A stretch of DNA of 64,000 nt from Fibrobacteria bacterium (GTDB lineage: Bacteria > Fibrobacterota > Fibrobacteria > UBA11236): contig JBGTHM010000099.1 in the NCBI GenBank assembly GCA_041746255.1, forward strand, positions 29,970-93,969, read 5' to 3'. A model generated the notes under the pieces. It saw only the letters and a program-made list of their open reading frames with translations, was not told the DNA's origin and ran no database searches. Shown here one piece after another: positions 59,135 through 64,000 of this stretch (positions are counted from its first letter, which is position 1; each line of letters begins with the position of its first letter). Position numbers and translations under genes: made by a program.

Positions 59135-60069
59135 AAAGGATATTGGTTACGGGCGGCTCTGGATTTCTGGGCTCCCATCTGTGCGAAAAACTGCTTTCGT
59201 TGGGGCATGAAGTCATTTGCCTGGACAATTTCTTTACGGGCCCCAAGCGCAACGTGCAACATTTGCGCAATCACCCCAATTTTGAATTGCTTCGCCATGA
59301 CGTGACCAATTCCATTTTTCTTGAAGTTGATCAAATTTATAATCTTGCCTGTCCCGCATCCCCTATCCACTACCAATACAATGCGGTCAAAACCATCAAA
59401 ACCAATGTGATGGGCGCCATCAACATGCTCGGTCTGGCCAAACGTGTGAAAGCGCGCATTCTGCAGGCCTCCACCAGCGAAGTCTATGGCGATCCCAAGG
59501 AGAATCCCCAGAGGGAGTCCTATTGGGGAAATGTGAATCCCATCGGCTTGCGCTCGTGTTATGACGAAGGCAAACGCGTGGCCGAAACCCTCTTCTTCGA
59601 CTACTCGCGTCAAAACGGAGTGGATATTCGCGTCATGCGCATTTTCAATACCTATGGCCCGCGCATGCATCCCGACGACGGGCGCGTGGTGTCCAATTTC
59701 ATCGTGCAAGCCTTGCGGGGCGAAGATATCACCGTATACGGAAACGGCTCCCAGACACGCTCCTTCTGTTACGCGTCCGATCTCATCGAGGGCATGGTCA
59801 AGCTTATGAATCACCCCGACTGCAAGGGGCCCATCAACATCGGCAATCCGGGAGAATTCACCATCCGCGAATTAGGTGAAATCGTAATCGAGTTAACGGC
59901 AAGCAAGAGCAAGATCGTCGAAAAGCCGCTGCCGAGCGATGATCCCCAACAACGCCGCCCCGACATTTCCCTGGCCAGGGAAAAGCTGGGTTGGGAACCG
60001 ACCGTTCCCTTACGCGAGGGTTTGGTGAAAACCATCGCCTATTTTGAAAAACTGCTCAGTACGAATTGA
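59131..60069 (+). CDS. UDP-glucuronate decarboxylase (UDP-xylose synthase) family SDR
   Basis: Motifs [54 protein letters not shown]. Confidence 0.92.
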   Translation: MKRILVTGGSGFLGSHLCEKLLSLGHEVICLDNFFTGPKRNVQHLRNHPNFELLRHDVTNSIFLEVDQIYNLACPASPIHYQYNAVKTIKTNVMGAINMLGLAKRVKARILQASTSEVYGDPKENPQRESYWGNVNPIGLRSCYDEGKRVAETLFFDYSRQNGVDIRVMRIFNTYGPRMHPDDGRVVSNFIVQALRGEDITVYGNGSQTRSFCYASDLIEGMVKLMNHPDCKGPINIGNPGEFTIRELGEIVIELTASKSKIVEKPLPSDDPQQRRPDISLAREKLGWEPTVPLREGLVKTIAYFEKLLSTN

Positions 60070-60070
60070 T

Positions 60071-60871
60071 TCAGCCGGTTTTTTGCAACAGGGCGAACCA
60101 GGGTTTCCAGGTCGCTTTCACACCGGGCCCGGCGATGGAAAAGCCTTCGACATATCGACGGCACAGCTCCTTCAGGCGTTCCCGTGTCAGAAAGTGCCCC
60201 TCGGACGGGCGTAACGATGCTCCGACCCCTTGGATGCGGCGCAATAAATCCTCCGGAGTCTTATAGGTCTCTTCCCAGGAATCTTCCGCGAATACCTTGA
60301 CGGCCAACCCAGCCGTTTGCGCCGACGTTTCGATTTCCTCCCGATTCTGGCCGGGCCAATTTTCATAATGAAAAGGGGCGGACCGGAGGATGGATTGCAA
60401 CTCGGAGAAATTGTCTCCGAGCAGTCCCGACACCAGATAGCAGCCCTCTTGTTTGAGCCGCCGGGCTACCCAGTGCAAGTGCAGGGGTAAATCCGGAAAC
60501 CATTGCACCAAGGCGTTTGAGGCGATGAGGTCGAAGGTTTCTGGATCCGCCGCCGTTGCTTCGTCGCGGCTGCCCGCAGCATCCAGCACATACCAGCGCG
60601 GCATTTTCCCCTTGGGCTCCAAAGCGAGTGATTTACGGTTCGCCAGGACCATGGGCTCGGATACATCCGTAATATCCAGATCCATACGGGGATATTTTCC
60701 CAAGAGGTTCCGGGTAAGATGACCCGTGCCGGCGCCGATTTCCAGCGCGCGAGTGAATTCGCTTTCCTTGGGTAATAACGACACCAACGTGTCGGCCATG
60801 CGCTGTTGCACTTGGGAGTGGAGATTATAGGTTCCCGCCGCGCGGGAGAATCGCAAATGTCTGAATTCCAT
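60071..60871 (-). CDS. bioC: Malonyl-ACP O-methyltransferase BioC
   Basis: FSRAAGTYN..S.VQ, LEIGAGTG, ASNALVQWF, and LRRIQGVGA. Lies in the bio operon. Confidence 0.82.
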   Translation of the reverse strand: MEFRHLRFSRAAGTYNLHSQVQQRMADTLVSLLPKESEFTRALEIGAGTGHLTRNLLGKYPRMDLDITDVSEPMVLANRKSLALEPKGKMPRWYVLDAAGSRDEATAADPETFDLIASNALVQWFPDLPLHLHWVARRLKQEGCYLVSGLLGDNFSELQSILRSAPFHYENWPGQNREEIETSAQTAGLAVKVFAEDSWEETYKTPEDLLRRIQGVGASLRPSEGHFLTRERLKELCRRYVEGFSIAGPGVKATWKPWFALLQKTG

Positions 60872-60907
60872 GGGTCCGGCTAAGTTAGCTTTAGCGTACG
60901 TCGATGG

Positions 60908-61618
60908 CTAAATTCCAGAAAGAAGCTTTCCAATCGATTCCGCTTCCGTCAAAAATGGGATGTGCCCCTTGCCATAGTAGGTGATGCGTCGGGAAATCTC
61001 CCGTGGAGCTCCTGAGGCGTCGAACCGCTCACGGGCAAATGGACATGGAGAAATGGGGTCCTCCGGTGACGTTAGGAAAAACAATTGATCCCTTTTTTTC
61101 ACCAAGGCCAGCGGGTCAACTTTCACATCCCGGAGATAGTCCAGCCCTTGGGAGAGGGTAGTGGGGTCGAGGACATCCATTCGCCGGGCGCACAGTGCCG
61201 CGAATCGGTTGGCGTAAGGCGTATCCTTCGCCGCGGAATTCCAAAAATCATGCAGCACTCTGTCTTTATCATAGCGCAATTTACCTTGCATGGCGCGCAA
61301 CATCGCCTCCCGCTGGGGAATAGCGTTGACGAAATCCACTATGGGGCACAGCGAAAGCAGGGATGCACCATAAGGATTGTGCGCATTCGACTGGGAAAGC
61401 AGAAGGCGATGCAACGCCAGGCTACCCAGTGACCACGCTATCACCCAATCGGAAGGTGATAGGGGTAATAAGGCCTCTTCGAGTCGCGCCGGATTGAGGG
61501 AGGCTTCCATTCCATCCATGAATTGATGGCGCCACCCCGGGTACAGCGCGGCTATCTCCTTCTCCATAGCATCCAGGGGGCTACCCCAACCTCCGATCCA
61601 TAACAGATTTTGCGACAT
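60908..61618 (-). CDS. Alpha/beta hydrolase, BioH/BioG-like pimeloyl-ACP methyl ester esterase
   Basis: Motifs GGWG, AWSLG (Ser), EDPI (Asp), GHIPF (His). Lies between bioF and bioC. Confidence 0.7.
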   Translation of the reverse strand: MSQNLLWIGGWGSPLDAMEKEIAALYPGWRHQFMDGMEASLNPARLEEALLPLSPSDWVIAWSLGSLALHRLLLSQSNAHNPYGASLLSLCPIVDFVNAIPQREAMLRAMQGKLRYDKDRVLHDFWNSAAKDTPYANRFAALCARRMDVLDPTTLSQGLDYLRDVKVDPLALVKKRDQLFFLTSPEDPISPCPFARERFDASGAPREISRRITYYGKGHIPFLTEAESIGKLLSGI

Positions 61619-61620
61619 GG

Positions 61621-62805
61621 CTAGGGCACATCCATCGGAAGTAAGGCGTAGGCCTGTTTGAGAACGGTAAGAAATTCATCCAAATCCTTGTGAGACATGT
61701 CGCTGCGCAAATTGAAACGAATTCGCGCCGTTCCTTTGGGAACCGTGGGATGCCGTACCGGCAGTGCACGTATTCCCTTTTGAAACAACATTTTGGACAG
61801 CGCGATGGCTCTGGCATTGCTTCCCACCAGAATCGGTCGAATATGACTTCCGCTATTGCCGGTCGGCAAGCGCAAGTCTTCCAGGCGACCGGCGGCGTAT
61901 TCCGATAATTTCACAAGGTTCAGCGCATGGTCCGGTTCCGCTTGTGAGAGCCGCAAGGCCGCCAGCGCCGCACCGACTACCGCGGGCGGCAGGGCGGTGC
62001 TGAAAATGAAGGTCCGGGCTTGGTTGACCAGATAATCGATAACCGGCCCGGGACCGACCGCATAGGCTCCATAGCCTCCGTAGGCTTTTCCGAAACAGCC
62101 CATAAGCAGCAGCCTGTCGGGAACGGCGGATTGGAAATCAGTCATCAGAGAGGGATAGCATCCCGCCGAATGCGCCTCATCCAGCACCAAAAAGAAGCCG
62201 TATTTTTTCTGCAGGGAGAGCAAGTCGGCCAGAGGAGCGAAATCACCGTCCATGCTGAATAAAGTCTCCGAGCATACCAGACAATCGGATCCGTCCTTGG
62301 ACTTTTTCAACAGCGACTCCAACATGTTCATGTCGCGGTGGTGGTAGCGGTGGAAAGGCGTTCCGGCGATCTTCATGCCGTCGATCAGGCTGGCATGATT
62401 CAATTTATCGGCCAGGATGCAAGCGAATAAGGGTCCCAGCGATTGCAGAATGCCGAGATTGGCCGCATAACCCGAATTGAAAAGCAAGGCTTTGCCCAGA
62501 GGCAAGAGGGCTGCGATCTCGGCCTCCAGTTCCGCATGGATATCCAGGCCTCCGCCGAGCAATCGCGAGCCTCCCGAACCGGTTCCATATTTTTGCACAG
62601 CCTCCATCGCAGCTTTTCGCAAAACCGGATGATTTGCGAAACCGAGATAATCGTTGGAGCAGACGTTGAGATAGCTGCGGCCGCTGATTTCAATGCGGAG
62701 GCCGCACGGGCTTTCCATGGAAGTCAGCGAACGCAGAAGACCTTGACTACGGAGTTGTTCCAGGTGTGCGCGGAAAAAATTCAGGTCGGGCAATGGGTCC
62801 ACCAT
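61621..62805 (-). CDS. bioF: 8-amino-7-oxononanoate synthase
   Basis: Motifs SNDYLG, GSGGSRLL, SGYAAN, HASLIDG, FSMDGD, DEAH, FGKA (PLP Lys), FSTALPP. Confidence 0.93.
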   Translation of the reverse strand: MVDPLPDLNFFRAHLEQLRSQGLLRSLTSMESPCGLRIEISGRSYLNVCSNDYLGFANHPVLRKAAMEAVQKYGTGSGGSRLLGGGLDIHAELEAEIAALLPLGKALLFNSGYAANLGILQSLGPLFACILADKLNHASLIDGMKIAGTPFHRYHHRDMNMLESLLKKSKDGSDCLVCSETLFSMDGDFAPLADLLSLQKKYGFFLVLDEAHSAGCYPSLMTDFQSAVPDRLLLMGCFGKAYGGYGAYAVGPGPVIDYLVNQARTFIFSTALPPAVVGAALAALRLSQAEPDHALNLVKLSEYAAGRLEDLRLPTGNSGSHIRPILVGSNARAIALSKMLFQKGIRALPVRHPTVPKGTARIRFNLRSDMSHKDLDEFLTVLKQAYALLPMDVP

Positions 62806-63506
62806 TTTTCCAATCCAGCCTCCAGAGGCGCCAGCCAATCCGGAATGTCCTCCGCTTTTAAGCCCGCTCCCATTTGCAGGGAAGGCTGGTAAGGCAATTC
62901 TCCCATCAGGGGAAGGCCGGAAAAATCCAGCAGGGTTCGCAGGTTATCGTCGCCTATCTCAGGCCTTTCGGGTGTCGTTCGGGAGAATGCGATTCCGCCA
63001 ACCGGGACTCGGCGTTCCCGTAAAAATGCCAGGGTGGACAAAGTATAGCTGAGGGTACCCAGTTCCAACCCGCAAACCAGCAGGCTGGGAAAATTTCCCT
63101 GCAGCGCCAAGTCTACCAGAAAATCCGGCTTGCGATTGAGGGGAACGGCTGCCCCCCCAGCGCCTTCCACCACCAACAAGTCACAGTCGCCACGCAGGTT
63201 CTCAATGTCTTTGCCGAAGCGCTCAAGGTTCAATACTTGGTTCTCCCGTTCGGCAGCCAGGTGGGGCGATACCGCGGCCGAGAACCGTATCCCGGTCTTG
63301 GTGGTTATCGGAAAGGGCGCCATCCTGGCTATCCATTCCGAATCTCCAGCCGCTGTCTGCCCGGGTTCCATGGTAAAACCACATTGCACGGGTTTAAAAT
63401 AATGGGCGGAGATGCCCTTTTTCTCAGCCCAGAGCAGCAATGCGAGACTGAAGGCGGTTTTGCCCAGATCGGTTCCGGTGGCGGTGACGAATACGGCTTT
63501 TCCCAT
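62781..63506 (-). CDS. bioD: Dethiobiotin synthase
   Basis: Motifs FVTATGTDLGKT, KPVQCG, SPHLAA, VEGAGG, LGTL. Confidence 0.92.
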   Translation of the reverse strand: MGKAVFVTATGTDLGKTAFSLALLLWAEKKGISAHYFKPVQCGFTMEPGQTAAGDSEWIARMAPFPITTKTGIRFSAAVSPHLAAERENQVLNLERFGKDIENLRGDCDLLVVEGAGGAAVPLNRKPDFLVDLALQGNFPSLLVCGLELGTLSYTLSTLAFLRERRVPVGGIAFSRTTPERPEIGDDNLRTLLDFSGLPLMGELPYQPSLQMGAGLKAEDIPDWLAPLEAGLEKWWTHCPT

Positions 63507-63606
63507 GGGTAGGGAAAAATATTAACTCGGACGGCTGCGACCACCCCCAAGATTTTCCCCTCGAGACTTTTACCCCAGCCTTGCGAAACCCACGGGTGAG
63601 AGCGGA

Positions 63607-63635
63607 TTGACAAGGGGCCTTCTTCGCATTAGTTT
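63607..63635 (+). promoter_or_regulatory. Sigma-70 promoter upstream of tRNA-Val
   Basis: TTGACA-N17-TAGTTT. Confidence 0.6.
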
Positions 63636-63713
63636 TCCGGCAGCTCGTTTGACGGTGCGATGATATCGGGAGTCCTATCATGGGATTTTCATTTCCGTGC
63701 CTTATTTTTGACT

Positions 63714-63787
63714 GGACGATTAGCTCAGTTGGTTAGAGTATCACCTTGACATGGTGGGGGTCACTGGTTCGAATCCAGTATCGTCCA
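63714..63787 (+). tRNA. tRNA-Val(GAC)
   Basis: GGACGATTAGCTCAGTTGGTTAGAGTA TCACC TT GAC AT GGTGG GGGTCACTGGTTCGAATCCAGTATCGTCCA. CCA is not encoded. Confidence 0.95.
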
Positions 63788-64000
63788 GTCCGAGCTGAAT
63801 GGCGGCTGCTTTGGCCCACGTGGCTCATCAACGGGCACATTGCCCGCACCCTTTCCCGCGACTTTCGCAACATCCCGTAAAATCCGCTTCTTTTTGCATA
63901 AAAATATGGTAGAATGCCTGTGACCATTATCGTTACCGGCGGTGTCACTACCCCCACTTTGAAGCGGGTTCCCTTCTGCCTGAATACCTCCAATGAAGCA

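Noticed and set aside
58831..59814. 327-aa minus-strand ORF
   Set aside because: It is antisense to coaX and the UDP-glucuronate decarboxylase gene, a typical shadow ORF.
63581..63613. Possible BirA operator upstream of bioD
   Set aside because: The dyad symmetry is poor. TTGACA is better explained as the -35 element of the tRNA-Val promoter.
63733..63993. 86-aa minus-strand ORF (and similar ORFs across tRNA-Pro at 19543-19970)
   Set aside because: These overlap tRNA genes and are spurious.

Overview
This is a 64-kb chromosomal segment from a Gram-negative bacterium. The gene content (a T9SS-like C-terminal tail, a TtpBC-type TonB system, a Wzi/SLBB pair) suggests the FCB superphylum, possibly Fibrobacterota; that placement is inference only. 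Contents in order: (1) 1-12.8 kb, a surface-polysaccharide locus with a TylF-like methyltransferase, Wzy, an O-acetyltransferase, 4 glycosyltransferases, 2 SAM methyltransferases, an SLBB/OPX exporter and a Wzi-like barrel. (2) 12.8-17.8 kb, a six-gene TtpB-TtpC-ExbB-ExbD-TonB-TPR motor operon running directly into wzi-OPX. (3) xylA, a bfd-like ferredoxin and tRNA-Pro. (4) 20-35.7 kb, a nitrogen-scavenging cluster: 2 amt genes, urtABCDE, a eukaryote-like ureD-ureAB-ureC-ureF-ureG operon without ureE, a porin and P-II. It has 3-4 sigma-54 promoters and 10-bp-phased TGNCA arrays. (5) DUF4416, STAS, PfkB, and a gltX-BON-WYL operon. (6) 42-50.5 kb, an accessory block ending at tRNA-Ser: an ice-binding protein, small membrane proteins, a clostripain-like lipoprotein, an MNIO (DUF692)/DUF2063 RiPP cluster with a lipid-anchored Cys-rich precursor, a toxin-deleted HigA-like module and an AAA/DUF4143 ATPase. 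(7) PBP1A plus a lipoprotein, a PAS hybrid kinase, nadC-coaX-uxs, bioD-F-H-C and tRNA-Val. The best candidates for novelty are the lipoprotein-precursor MNIO RiPP system, the plant/fungal-type two-chain urease operon, the phased sigma-54 enhancer arrays, and the TonB motor coupled to capsule export. All family assignments come from motif recognition by eye, not database searches.
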